DNA of 64,000 bases, taken from positions 1,984,001 to 2,048,000 of the forward strand of contig CM102287.1 of assembly GCA_046563655.1 (NCBI GenBank), in the 5' to 3' direction. Of the stretch, positions 41,981-53,120 are shown piece after piece. A model generated the notes under the pieces. That model did no database searches. It had not been told where the DNA came from and worked only from the letters and a program-made list of their open reading frames with translations. Made by a program: the position numbers and the translations under genes. This DNA is from Yuukianura sp. NJ FZ-2021. Its lineage: Eukaryota. The number at the start of each line of letters is the position of its first letter. The stretch's first letter is position 1.

Positions 41981-42947
41981 CAAGGTAGGGCGATGCTCAA
42001 GGGTTGAGCATAGGTCTTCTGGAGGAAGTTGACAATTGATGCTACTTAAACCGGTTTGCCTCAAGACTGTAGAAGAACTGAGATAGCGTTTTCGTGTAGC
42101 TGATGCACAGAAACGTGGCTCAAAATTTTCAGTGCGGATGTAAAGTCCTATTTTGTGCATGAGTTGCACCAAAACTGGGTTGGCAATTCTATCATTTAAA
42201 TTGCACCCGGATTCATGTTCCAGTTTTAAACCCCAAAATATTTGCACTAAATTGATGTTCTTAATTTGTTGTGCAAGATGCACATAATGTATTGTCGGTG
42301 TTGCCATGGCAATGTAATATTAGCGAAAAGAGCGTAAACCAAACGGAATCAAAATAATGACATCGAAATTGAGATTTGTGCATGATGAACAAATTTGAAC
42401 GCTGAGCAGGATGGGTCGAATATGCCTTCTTTTAAATCGAAATCGGTTGATGAAAGTGCACAGTGTGTGAAGTTAAGTGCATAAGTTACTGAGCCGAAAA
42501 TCGCTTGTTTATAACCAAAATTATAAAAATTTCTTGCAAAGGCAAATTTGAACCCTGCCAAGCACTATTTACGTATTACGAATATAAGCCGGAATTTCTA
42601 CCCCATAACTAGGCTTAATTTAACAACGTGATTAAACTAACTGTCAGAAAATGAGAAGATCAAAGCTTCGTTGTTAAAAAATATTGTGAGTATAATGCAG
42701 ACATAACACAAAAATTTTGAGGACTTAAGAAGCAGCAACGCGATGCAGCCGCATACTTTGACGTTGTTAATCTAGGACTTTGAGTGCAATGTAGAACTAC
42801 TAAAAATAATTCAGCCATACATAACCCCCCGACTGCGATGGGGCTTATATTTCAGCGGAAAGGGTACTAAAAATCAGGACAGACAGACAGAAAAGTCGTA
42901 TCAATAGTCTTCTTCAGCACGTCGTAGACGTGCGTCTCCAGAAGACT
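41981..42947 (-). mobile_element. Non-autonomous Helentron-type element (HINE/DINE-1-like), copy A
   Basis: Subterminal inverted repeats GTCTTCTGGAG (~42014) and CTCCAGAAGAC (~42936); terminal palindrome ATGCTCAA-GGG-TTGAGCAT; (GACA)n microsatellite at ~42878; inserted in an A/T run of the satellite with no TSD. Confidence 0.8.
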
Positions 42948-43049
42948 AAAAAAGTGACAAAGAAGTCATTCTGGGCTATGTTGGATCACAGTTTTGCAAT
43001 CCGAAAATTTGAGTCCGATCACCACATAAAGTGCCTAGAACTCAATTTT
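42948..43049. repeat. Partial 128-bp satellite monomer between the two HINE copies
   Basis: AAAAAAGTGACAAAGAAGTCATTCTGGG...CTAGAACTCAATTTT matches the satellite consensus. Confidence 0.95.
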
Positions 43050-43971
43050 AGTCTTCTGGAGACGCACGTCTACGACGTGCTGAAGAAGACTATTGATACG
43101 ACTTTGTCCGTCTGTCTGTCACATTTTTTAGGACCCTTTCCACTGAAACATAAGCCCCATCGCAGTCAGGGAGTCATGTATGGCTCAAGTGTTTTCAGTA
43201 CGTCTACGTTGCACTCAAAGTGTTATATTAACAACGTAGATGTTAGCGGCTACTTTACGTATCCGCAGTATCGTGGCTCGCCGAAATTTTTTGGTTTTGA
43301 TTACACTCAAAATATTCTTTAACAACGAAGTTTTGATCTGCTCATTTTCCGACAATATGTTAATTTACGTTGTTGAGTTGGGACTTATTAGAGGGTAGAA
43401 AATCCGGCTTAAATTCGTAACATGCAAACAGAGTTTGGCAGAGTTCAAATTTGCCTTTGCATGAAATTATTATAAACAAGCGATTTTCGGCTGAATAACT
43501 TATGCACTTGATTTAACACACTGTGCATCTTCATGAAACGTTTTCGATTTAAAAGAAGGCATATTCGACCCATCCTGCTCAGCGTTCAATTTTGTGCATG
43601 GTGCACACTTATTGCACATCAATGTAAAATTGTGCAGTTATTTTGACGCTGGGTAAAGGACGTTGTTACGTCAATACCTGTGCATATTTCAGAACAATTG
43701 TGCAGCAAATAATTTGAAGGGAGAAAAAACTGTGCAGAGCTTAATTTTCACATTTTAATGCAAACGGTTTTTAACATTTTGGTGCAATTGTGCACAGAAT
43801 GCCCCGCATCTGCACTGAAAAGTATGAGCGATGTTTCGTAGGATAAATCTCGTGAAAACGGTTTCTTAACGTTTTTCTTCAACGGTTTCGCGGCCGGCCG
43901 ATCTCAGTCGTATCAATTGTCAACTCCCTCCAGAGGACCTATGCTCAACCCTTGAGCATCGCCCTACCTTG
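43050..43971 (+). mobile_element. Non-autonomous Helentron-type element (HINE/DINE-1-like), copy B
   Basis: 5' subTIR GTCTTCTGGAG after a T run; nearby inverted GAAGAAGAC; GTCCGTCTGTCTGTC microsatellite; 3' subTIR CTCCAGAGGAC followed by hairpin ATGCTCAA-CCC-TTGAGCAT and TTT; a diverged inverted copy of A. Confidence 0.8.
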
Positions 43972-44278
43972 TTTGATGAAAAAATTCAATTTTTTTGCAA
44001 AAAAAAGTGACAAAGTTTTTCTGGGCTACGGTGGATCACAATTTTGCAATCCGAAAATTTATGTCCGATCACCACATAAAGTGCCTAGAACTCAATTTTT
44101 GGTGAAAAAATTCAATTTTTTCACCAAAAAGTGACAAAGGAGGTATTCGGGGCTATGTTGGATCACAATTTTGCAATCCGAAAATTTAAGTGCGATCACC
44201 ACATAAAGTGCCTAGAACTCAATTTTTGGTGAAAAAATTCAATTTTTGGTGAAAAAATTCAATTTTTTCACCAAAAAG
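43972..44278. repeat. 128-bp satellite (about 2.3 monomers)
   Basis: Matches the satellite consensus and resumes in register after HINE copy B. Confidence 0.95.
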
Positions 44279-44549
44279 CAGTGTTCCGAGGTGCTTTAAT
44301 CAATCAATCAATCAAAAGTTTTATTTGATTTTGGCCAATGCCCTATCAATTACATTCCTGCAGTTCCATTAAATATTAAGAATTAAACACCTGTGTAACC
44401 TAGTCAAGTGGTAAAATGCTAAATTGAAAAGAAAATGAGTAAAGTATGTAACGTCAATCGAATTTAAAATTGTAGTTGACACTGAAGAGAGAAGTGGAGT
44501 CATGGGAAAATTTACAATCAAAAATCGTTCATTATTCATAGTCCAGGGG

Positions 44550-47500
44550 TCATCTGTCCAGTGTTGGCTCGAATATTGACAGCACTTTATGGTGAATTTT
44601 TTGAAGTTTTTTGATGAAGGTGACATCCGAGGCGTTTAGGTTGGTCCAAAAGATTGGGCACTGGTTTGGCGGGAGTCTCAGTTGCATTCTGTGGGGTTCT
44701 GTAAGCGGACAGGTCCAGAGTGCATGGTAATATGAAAGTTGGTCCCCACAGTAAGTGCATCTCTTTTCGGTGAACTGACCGAAGTCAAGCCATTTCCGGT
44801 TGAAGTAGAGTAGGTTCGAGTTGAGTCTAATCTGAAGAATGGGAGTCGTGAGATAGGCAGGAAATCGTTTTGAAAATAGTTCCGTTGCCGGGAATTTTTG
44901 GCAGGTGCCAATGTAGTGAGGGATGGAAGAGGATAGCGTAGCTTTTTTTACGTCTGCTTCTCTGTACAGCTTCCAAAATTTCTTCACAATTGACTTTGTC
45001 ACGGCTCTAGCCTCGGTGTCGATTCCCCTGTCGTAGACTTCTTCTAGTCCGATCAGCGCTAGAGCGGCTCTGAGTTGCAAGCACCAACTGTATTTGCTTT
45101 CAGGGTGAAGTGATGTGACTTGACGTAGCTGGTAGTACGCGTTTTTTGTGAGGTCAGAACAGAGGTTGGAGTGGAGTTTTGTGTAGAAGTGCCAGGTCCT
45201 TTTCACAACCTCGAATTCTAATGGTAGAGAATCAGTTTCTAACCTAACAAAGTATCTAGGAGTGGTAAACGGTAGGCGTAGTAGTCTTTTGAAGTAGCCT
45301 TGTTGTACCGTTTCTAGGGTGTCTGTATGGGCTAATCCCCAGGTTTCGCAGTTGTACAGTGTGGTGGATTTTACCAGTGAGTTTAGTAGCGTTTTTATAG
45401 TCCACAAGTCAATGTATTTTGTTTTCTTCAGTATACTTAGCGCTGCTCCTTGTGCTGCTGTGCCCTTCTCTACGGCGTTTCTTGCTGCCTTTTGGAATGT
45501 GCCATTTGACTGGAATATTACACCAAGGTATTTATAATTTGCAACAGTCTCGATCGGAGTTCCATTCCAAAGAAATAAGTCATCCTTTCGTAGTCGTCCT
45601 GAGCGCCGGAAAGCCACGACTTTTGTTTTGGTTAGGTTAACCTGAAGACCTCTAGATTTGAAAAAGTTGGAGGCGAGCTTAATTTTCTCCTGTAGCAAAT
45701 CTTTGGACTGAGCAGTAATGACAAGGTCGTCGGCGTACAGGAGAACATGAACAATTCGAGAGCCTAGAGTGTACCCTTTCAGAAGAGATGATGAAAATTT
45801 GGTGACGAGGTCCTCAATAAACAAGTTGAAAAGTGTGGGACTAGCAGATTCTCCTTGTAGTACTCCTTTCATAATTTGAACCGGCTCTGTGAGGCCCTCC
45901 CTGGTGTTGATCTGAGCCGTGGCGTTTTCGTATAGGGACCGGAATACTTTTAGAAATTTGCTGGAGACACCCATATTTCCGAGGACAGCCCACAGTAAAC
46001 TATGATTTGGAGTGTCGAATGCCTGAGACAAGTCTACGAAGGCGACGTATAGTTCCTTCTTCTTTAGGAGTTGGCACTGGATCATAGACATCAGGGTGAA
46101 GACGTGGTCTGTGCATGATCTTGATTTCCGGAAACCAGCTTGGAAGTCTGAAATTTTGTGATTAACCTTTATCCAGTTGGTGAGTCTTGTATTGAGGATT
46201 TTGGTAAATAATTTCAGGATGGTGTTCATCAGCGATATTGGTCGATAGTTTTCTGGCAAGTCTCTTGAACCCTTCTTGAATAGCGGAAGAATTTGCGCCT
46301 TACACCAGTGCTTTGGTATTACTCCATTTTGAAGAATGGTTTGGAAGATTGTAACCAGAAATAATAGAATATTAGGAGTGGCCGATTTCCAGAGTTCGTT
46401 CGGGATTATGTCTGGGCCTGTTGCTTTGTTCGGTTTTAGTTCTTTTGTCGCCATTCTTATTTCCAACGCTGTTATGTCGCGGTCGAGGATCTCGTTTTCT
46501 ATACAACGGCTTTCAGGAAGCACATCCCTTGGGACCTCATTTGATTTGAAGAGGTTCTGGAAGTGTTGGAACCATGTTTCCTTTGGGATTTTGTCTTGTA
46601 CGACGAATTGTGTTGAGTGGAATTTGACCGCCTTCCAGAAGCTTGCGGGGTCCTTTGAAGCGTGGAGTTGCGTGGCAAGGTTTGAGTTGAACATTGATTT
46701 CTTGTTTGCTAGTTGTAGTTTGTAGTTCTTTTGAGCTTCAAGATAGAGTTGAGCATGGGCCTGCTTGTCTTCAGTGTTACACCTTCGGAGTTTGCGTATT
46801 GCATTGTTCTTCCTCCATTTGAGTGTGTTGAGTTCAGAGTCGAACCACTTCGGTTTATGTTTTAGTAGTTTCGGTTTTTTGTATACGCCGATCGCCTTGG
46901 CAGTTTCCAGGATTTTGTTTTGTAAGTGGAGACTGGCTTGGTCCGGATCTTTAATTTGGAAGTTTAGTGAGTCCTCGAGGTGTTTATAGAACTGATATTT
47001 TTCATTTTTGCAGGCAGGAATGGCGATTTTTTCGCGGGACATTCGTGTATTTATTAGATCATGATTTGCCGGCAGAGTAAGTGTCAGAAGGAGAGGGAAG
47101 TGATCAGAATGGTGCCAGTCGAGGACTTTTAGACTTTCAATTTTCCCTCGGCTTGTTCTGTTTACGAGGACTAGGTCAACCACGCTACAACCTGCGTTGG
47201 CTGGGTTTATCATGGTAATTTCTCCGTTCTCATCTCCTATTGTTGCTCCGTTACATATTGTTAAGTCACATTCTGAAGCTATGGAGAGCAGGTGTCTACC
47301 GTTACCATTCACCAGTGTATCCTTGCTCCTCCTTTTGAATAGTGGTGTGGAGTTTCTTTCGCCTGTTCTTGAGTTCAAATCCCCCATTACCAGGACCGGC
47401 GTGTTGGTGTACTTTACAAATTCTAGTAGTCCTGATACTAGTTTTTGATTGGACTTGTCGGGTGGGATATAGGCAAATAACAACTGGAATTGCGATGAAC

Positions 47501-47792
47501 GGTTCAGAATGTGTAGAAGGATTGAGTGTTCTGTTGTTGCAAGTACTGATACTTGCGCGTCTAACGAGTTGTGCCAGCCATAGATAAACCCGCCATAAGG
47601 ACGGCCTTTGGCCTGCTTTTTAGCAGAAATTTGATGTATGGAGTAAAACTGTTGTAATTTGGCATTTTTGTAATTTTCCCATTGCATTGATTCGGATAAA
47701 CAGAAAATAGAAGGTTGAAGAGAAAGAAATTCATTCCAGAAGGTGGGTCCAAGGTTATTTACACTTTTTGCATTCAAGTAGAATATTGTCAT
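44550..47792 (-). CDS. LINE ORF2: apurinic endonuclease + reverse transcriptase + C-terminal Cys/His knuckle, 1080 aa, uninterrupted
   Basis: APE motifs YLNAKS, LSES, GDLN, VVDLV, SDHFP; RT motifs KATGPD, NYRPISL, QAGFR, FVDLSQAFD, GVLQG, YADD, YKYLG; CTYC...H...C. Confidence 0.96.
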   Translation of the reverse strand: MTIFYLNAKSVNNLGPTFWNEFLSLQPSIFCLSESMQWENYKNAKLQQFYSIHQISAKKQAKGRPYGGFIYGWHNSLDAQVSVLATTEHSILLHILNRSSQFQLLFAYIPPDKSNQKLVSGLLEFVKYTNTPVLVMGDLNSRTGERNSTPLFKRRSKDTLVNGNGRHLLSIASECDLTICNGATIGDENGEITMINPANAGCSVVDLVLVNRTSRGKIESLKVLDWHHSDHFPLLLTLTLPANHDLINTRMSREKIAIPACKNEKYQFYKHLEDSLNFQIKDPDQASLHLQNKILETAKAIGVYKKPKLLKHKPKWFDSELNTLKWRKNNAIRKLRRCNTEDKQAHAQLYLEAQKNYKLQLANKKSMFNSNLATQLHASKDPASFWKAVKFHSTQFVVQDKIPKETWFQHFQNLFKSNEVPRDVLPESRCIENEILDRDITALEIRMATKELKPNKATGPDIIPNELWKSATPNILLFLVTIFQTILQNGVIPKHWCKAQILPLFKKGSRDLPENYRPISLMNTILKLFTKILNTRLTNWIKVNHKISDFQAGFRKSRSCTDHVFTLMSMIQCQLLKKKELYVAFVDLSQAFDTPNHSLLWAVLGNMGVSSKFLKVFRSLYENATAQINTREGLTEPVQIMKGVLQGESASPTLFNLFIEDLVTKFSSSLLKGYTLGSRIVHVLLYADDLVITAQSKDLLQEKIKLASNFFKSRGLQVNLTKTKVVAFRRSGRLRKDDLFLWNGTPIETVANYKYLGVIFQSNGTFQKAARNAVEKGTAAQGAALSILKKTKYIDLWTIKTLLNSLVKSTTLYNCETWGLAHTDTLETVQQGYFKRLLRLPFTTPRYFVRLETDSLPLEFEVVKRTWHFYTKLHSNLCSDLTKNAYYQLRQVTSLHPESKYSWCLQLRAALALIGLEEVYDRGIDTEARAVTKSIVKKFWKLYREADVKKATLSSSIPHYIGTCQKFPATELFSKRFPAYLTTPILQIRLNSNLLYFNRKWLDFGQFTEKRCTYCGDQLSYYHALWTCPLTEPHRMQLRLPPNQCPIFWTNLNASDVTFIKKLQKIHHKVLSIFEPTLDR

Positions 47793-47852
47793 GTTGTTTA
47801 AAATTAGTTCGCTGCAGGATGCTGTATTGCAATTGCTAGGGCGGCCGAGTCC

Positions 47853-48602
47853 TCATTTTGGATTTGGGTAGGAGGATTGGAGAGTCGAGGCGTATGTTGT
47901 GGGAGCCGTGTTCTTGGAAGATGAAATTGCACGTGGGCGACTTCCTTGTCCGTTTTGTCGTGATTCCCGGTTCTTTTGCCTTTCAATTCTGGTTTCAATG
48001 GTCAAGTCTTCTGTGATAGAGTAGATATCTCTGCTTTGAATGAAGGTCTTTCTCAACTGAAGGGCTTGCATGCGTTGTGCGAACGACGACAAGCGAACCT
48101 TAATTGGACGGGGTTTATCAGACGACGGGTTTATTTTTCCAATTCTAAATGCGTCTTCCACGTTAACTCGGACATTGTAGTGGTTGAGGAAGTCGTTGGT
48201 GATGCTCATCGTGTTTTCGTTCGTAGCTTCGGAGAGTCCATGGATCAGAATGTTGTTCCGTCTTAGTTCATCTGTGAGGCGGGAGTTCATTTTCTTCAGT
48301 TGATCAATTTCTTTTTGTTGATTCTCAGTTTTCGTTTGTAGTTCTTCGATTTGTTCTTGGTATTTTCCCAGTTTGAGTTCGATGGAGTCGCATTATGTGT
48401 CAATTTTGGATTCAACATTGCCAATTAGTTTTGTCATTGCCGACATTAGATCGTCATTCGTGAAATTTGATCGTTTTGAACATGGCTCGCTTCCATCGTT
48501 AGGCTCCGATTCCGCAGCTCGTTTGCTTCCTTTGCTTTGTGGTAGGAACGAAAGAGTAGTTTGAGACATTTTCTGCGACACTGGGGAGCGTGAGATTGGC
48601 AT
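47853..48602 (-). pseudogene. LINE ORF1 (coiled coil + RRM-like region) with one in-frame premature stop at 48393-48395
   Basis: The 69-aa and 145-aa ORFs are in the same frame, joined by coiled-coil-like CDSIELKLGKYQEQIEELQTKTENQQKEIDQLKK; RRNNILIHGLSE and RPIKVRL are typical LINE ORF1 motifs. Confidence 0.85.
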
Positions 48603-48714
48603 TAACTTGATTTACCAGCCAGAATCAGGATTCCAAGATCGGGAATATTCTTTGAACAGAACAGTTCCTTAAGCAGAAATTCCTGGATCGAAAATGTTCT
48701 TTAATTGGGGGTTC

Positions 48715-49135
48715 CTGAAGTGGAAATATGATCTCTGGATCGAGAATTCCTTAACTGGAAAAGGCTTTGACAAATCTCTAAAGTGAGAATTCCTTAATTG
48801 GAAATTGTTTTTCACAAATCTCTGAAGCGAGAATTCCTTAATTGGAAATTGTTTCCACAAATCTCTGAAGCGAAAATTCCTTGATTGGAAATTGTTTTTC
48901 ACAAATCTCTGAAGCGAGAATTCCTTAATTGGAAATTGTTTTTCACAAATCTCTGAAGCGAGAATTCCTTAATTGGAAAATGTTTTTGACAAATCTCTGA
49001 AGCGAGAATTCCTTAATTGGAAATTGTTCGAGAAAAATCTCTGAAGCGAGAATTCCTTAATTGGAAATTGTTTTGACAAATCTCTGTAGTGAGAATTCCT
49101 TAATTGGAAATTTTCAAATAACTCCTGAATCGCAG
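48715..49135. repeat. ~44-bp minisatellite (~9 copies) in the LINE 5' UTR
   Basis: ACAAATCTCTGAAGCGAGAATTCCTTAATTGGAAATTGTTTTTC repeats, e.g. at 48901, 48945 and 48989. Confidence 0.93.
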
Positions 49136-50785
49136 GTTCCAACGCGAGGGTGAAGAAGATGAGATATCTGCTTGTCAAAGGATTAGATAGAGTTCTTAAA
49201 ATTGGGATTTTAGGTTATCAGAGGATTAGACAGGGATCCCTGAATCGGGAATTTTCGGTAAAGGGTGGGGAGTGGCCAAACCTCGGAAACGACGGAAATT
49301 TCAGAATCGGCGTGTTAACCGATTAATTTGCTGTTAACAGGATGAAATTAACGGGTGAAAGAGGTATTAACACAAAAAGTAGTAGACGTTTGTGTAATCT
49401 GCTCAAAAGTTGAATTCGTCAGGCGTTTATGCCGAAAAGATGAGGATTTCGTAATTCGTAGAATCACGTCAGCTGATTAAAAGTAGAGGAAACTGTTTTT
49501 ACCATTAAGTGTTGTTAATCGTTTCCAAACGGTGCGTGTTTGACTTCAGTCGATGCAGTAGCGAATTTTGAGTGTTTTGATGTATGACACTGGCAGATAG
49601 GTCGATTGATTCACTGCTAAAAAAATGAGTTTGTCGGGAGCTCTTGATCTTGATGTCTCTCCTCTGACGCCCGGTTGTGAAAAAAAAAGATCCAAAATTA
49701 TGAAATCTAAATTTCGAAATTCTTGTTCCGCAGAACTTCCATTTTACTCTTTCGTGATGATTTGTCCGAGGTGCTTTAAAGCGTATGCTTTTTTTTGCTT
49801 GCTTTTTTTTGCTTTTAAAGCAAAACCAGCAAGCATGCGCTTTCGAGTTTGCTTTTTTTAAATTTTGCTGTTTTTGCTTATGAAAAAAACAAAGTGGAAG
49901 AGGCAACGCGCAGCTTCAAGGGACTCGTGGGATCTATAAATCCACTCAGATTGTCAAAACTAAAGTCAAATTCGGTTTATTAACTGTTACAACTTAAACC
50001 TAAAAGACAAACCGATGATTGCTTATGGACATTACACTTATGGACGGAGACTTTTGAATATTCTTATGCGGGTTTAAGTTCTCTCTGTCTATCGGTGTGA
50101 CGTCCATAGGAATAGTGACCCATAAGTTATTGCCCGTATAAGAGTTAGCAAATTCCCTTTCTTCAGTTTCTGTTGGCACTGGCACAGCTAAAGCTGGCAC
50201 TTGCACAACAGAAAAGAAAATTGAGGCGCCACTGGACAATTCATTCGGACTGTTACGAAAGTTAAGTAAATTTCCATTCCTGTCGTGCCAGTGCCAGCTT
50301 TCGCTGTGCCAGTGTCGACAGGAACTAGAAATGGCAATATATACAGCGGTCGCAGATTGGCAGGACACATAACAATTGGGACTTATAGAAAGCGCACTGG
50401 CAAATTGACATGACACACCTACTCGTCGACTTTTATCGAAATCAGACATAAACTCTTGTCCTCACCAAACCTTGTTTCTTTGGGCTTCGTTTCTTGCGTC
50501 CCAATTCTCACTTTCACTCTGACCTGTACACAATTACATTTATAATTTAAAGTGAAAGTGTTTAAAAGGGAGCTTAACTTACAACAAGTGCAAGAAAGAA
50601 GAACATTTTCTTCTTTCTTTCCCTTTTCTTGTACTTTAGTACTTTACCTTTCACCTCCCTCCGGTCCCTCCCATTAACAGCAACTTTTTTGCTTTTAAAG
50701 CAATAAAAGCAAAAACAGCAAAAAAAGCTATTTACAGCAAAAAGCAAAGCATCGACCTTAAAAAAGCGCTTTTTACGGAACACTG

Positions 50786-51246
50786 CCAAAAAGTGACAAA
50801 GAAGTCATTCTGGGCTATGTTGGATCATAATATTGCAATCCGAAAATTTAAGTCCGATCAAAATATAAAGTGCCTAGAACTCAATTTTTAGGGAAAAATT
50901 CAATTTTGTCACCAAAAAGTGACAAAGGAGTCATTCTGGGCTATGGTGGATAACAATTTTGCAATCCGAAAATTTAAGTCCGATCACCACATAAAGTGCC
51001 TAGAACTCAATTTTTGGTGAAAAAATTCAATTTTTTTGCAAAAAAAGTGACAAAGAAGTCATTCTGGACTATGTTGGATCACAATTTTGCAATCCGAAAA
51101 TTTAAGTCCGATCACCACATAAAGTGCCTAGAACTCAATTTTTGGTGAAAAAATTCAATTTTTTCGCAAAAAAAGTGACAAAGGAGTCATTCTGGGCTAC
51201 GGTGGATCACAATATTGCAATCCGAAAATTTAAGTCCGATCACCAC
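50786..51246. repeat. 128-bp satellite (about 3.6 monomers)
   Basis: Matches the satellite consensus. Confidence 0.95.
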
Positions 51247-51862
51247 TGATTGAAGGCTCGTGAAGAACCCCCCAACGGGCCGACACAAAGGGTCACCCGA
51301 GAACGCCGTGAACCAAAGGGCCAAAGATCAATCGACGTGGGAGCTAATGACAATGTTTATTAACGAACAAAGGAATAAATGTGGGTAAGTGATACGTGAC
51401 AAATTAGACGATACTGGTATGGATCAACCAGGTACAGATCCAGCGGTGGGGGTCCAAGTAGTTGAGGTCAGAGGTCACAGATAAAGTAGTAGGTAGGAGC
51501 AGCGTGGCCAATCTAGTATGGCTGACGGTGGAGCAGCAACGGACGAGATCCGATCAGGAGGAAGACTGGAGCTGGACTGTGTCGAGGAGCAGGAGGAAGA
51601 AGATGATGATGACGAGACGAGTTGGATGGCTGATGCAACTTTGGTTGCATCTGATTGGCTGCTGAATTGGAGCTGGTGGTCTGGTGATTCCGGAACTGCA
51701 GAGGGACGAAGGGATTGTTGTGTTGTGCTGTTGAGTGGAGCGGAGGAGGACGAGGGAACCACGAAGGCTATAGAGGGGTTTGGGGATACCTCCCCACAGA
51801 TTCCCAGCGATCGAGGAGCCGCCACGGCGACTAACCGAGGGACTCCGGAGCGATTCGGGGAA

Positions 51863-53071
51863 TTATTGAGATGGTGGAGGGGGATCTCTGGGATGATTTT
51901 TCTTTGGTGGTGGAGGACAATTGGCAGAGTTCTCTGCCCACCAACGAGCTCTGCGCTGCTGGCGATTCGGAGCTTGGGGTAAACGTCCTTGTCCAGGTGC
52001 TGGGGGAAAACGTCCTTGTGCAGGAGCTGGGGGTACCGGAGCAGCGTTTGAAGGTTCCTGGGGGGTATTCCACGTGACGGTGACTGACGTTGCGCTGGCT
52101 GGAACGTAGGCGTGAATGGGGATCAGTCCAGGGGGAACATTCGTTGACTGGAACGTGGAGCTGGAAGCTGCTGCAGAAATGGGGATAGTGAAGGAACCGG
52201 AAGTGGCTACTGGAACTGATGATGAGGCTTGGGGAGCTGCTTGAGCTTGCGAAACCGATGGAGCTGAGGAAGTAGAAGAACCAGAGGCAGAATTTTGGCG
52301 GGAATTTGAAGAATGTGGCCGAATGGATGATGCTGGAGCCGAATTTTGAGCCAATGGGGGACGAGTAGAGTACGGAGCTGGACGATTTGGCCGAGTGAGA
52401 ATCCGAATTGGTGCAGCCGATCGTGATGAAGTGCTGGGTCCAGGATTTTGGGGGGTTTGAGGGTTCAGAGTGATCTTGGACATGTCTCTTGCCAAAACGG
52501 AGGGGGAACTGGAACGAGAATGACCAGCTACGGGAGGTTTTGGGGGTCCATCGGGGAACTTCAAATCCATAAGCGGGACGACCTTGGCTGCAGCAGACTT
52601 CTGGACTTGAAGCTGGGATTTTGGTGCAGGAGCAGAGGGACGACGAAACATCGGTGAATTTTGGGACGAGGGGGGAATCACAACGACCGAAGCAAGCTTT
52701 GGACGAGGGACTGGGGGAATAACCATCTCCTGAAGGCTCTTCTGAGGGGAACGGGGGTTGAAGCTGCCAGAGCTTTGGGGGGACTGACGATCCGGTTTCT
52801 TCGGGGATGTTGGAGGGGGATCAACAGCGAGGGGCATGTCCCAGTCGTCCGGAATCGGATCCACTTGACGCGGAGTAATCGGAGCAGCAATGACAGTCGT
52901 AGGGGGCGAAGAAGACGAAGACGAAGACGACGATGAAGAGCCAGGAGAAGCAGTATCACGCGGAGGTGGAGAATTCAGCAGTTCATCTTCTGCAGCCAAG
53001 TCAATTTCCGCAATTCCTTCAGACGCCTCATCCTCTCCTTGTTCCATCAAGTCTTCCGGTGGTTGGTCCAT
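51863..53071 (-). CDS. Gypsy ORF3: Pro/Ser-rich low-complexity protein, probably from a spliced transcript
   Basis: Open frame of ~400 codons just after the pol stop; pyrimidine tract TTTTTTTATGATTTTCAG|G immediately before ATG (MDQPPED...) at 53071. Confidence 0.6.
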   Translation of the reverse strand: MDQPPEDLMEQGEDEASEGIAEIDLAAEDELLNSPPPRDTASPGSSSSSSSSSSSPPTTVIAAPITPRQVDPIPDDWDMPLAVDPPPTSPKKPDRQSPQSSGSFNPRSPQKSLQEMVIPPVPRPKLASVVVIPPSSQNSPMFRRPSAPAPKSQLQVQKSAAAKVVPLMDLKFPDGPPKPPVAGHSRSSSPSVLARDMSKITLNPQTPQNPGPSTSSRSAAPIRILTRPNRPAPYSTRPPLAQNSAPASSIRPHSSNSRQNSASGSSTSSAPSVSQAQAAPQASSSVPVATSGSFTIPISAAASSSTFQSTNVPPGLIPIHAYVPASATSVTVTWNTPQEPSNAAPVPPAPAQGRFPPAPGQGRLPQAPNRQQRRARWWAENSANCPPPPKKNHPRDPPPPSQ

Positions 53072-53120
53072 CCTGAAAATCATAAAAAAACACAGTATGA
53101 GTATTTTAAAATACACTCAG

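Larger units (their letters stand above)
44300..49764 (-). mobile_element. Full-length non-LTR retrotransposon (LINE; RTE-X/CR1-group-like)
   Basis: 15-bp TSD TCCGAGGTGCTTTAA (44285-44299, 49765-49779); AATAAA then (TTGA)4 3' tail on the - strand; ORF1 plus APE-RT ORF2. Clade assignment is by impression only. Confidence 0.95.
44279..50785. mobile_element. hAT-type MITE, copy 1 (~1 kb), interrupted by a LINE
   Basis: 10-bp TIRs CAGTGTTCCG / CGGAACACTG; 8-bp TSD CCAAAAAG (44271-44278, 50786-50793); body 49765-50785 matches copy 2; no transposase. Confidence 0.88.

Noticed and set aside
41981..43971. Single foldback/MITE with ~950-bp TIRs
   Set aside because: Each arm has its own subTIR pair and hairpin, the arms are diverged, there is no TSD, and the satellite continues in register between them
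53072..53116. Signal peptide MYFKILILCFFMIFR on ORF3 implying Env
   Set aside because: Better explained as the translated polypyrimidine tract of a splice acceptor; it has a non-ATG start and no downstream transmembrane anchor
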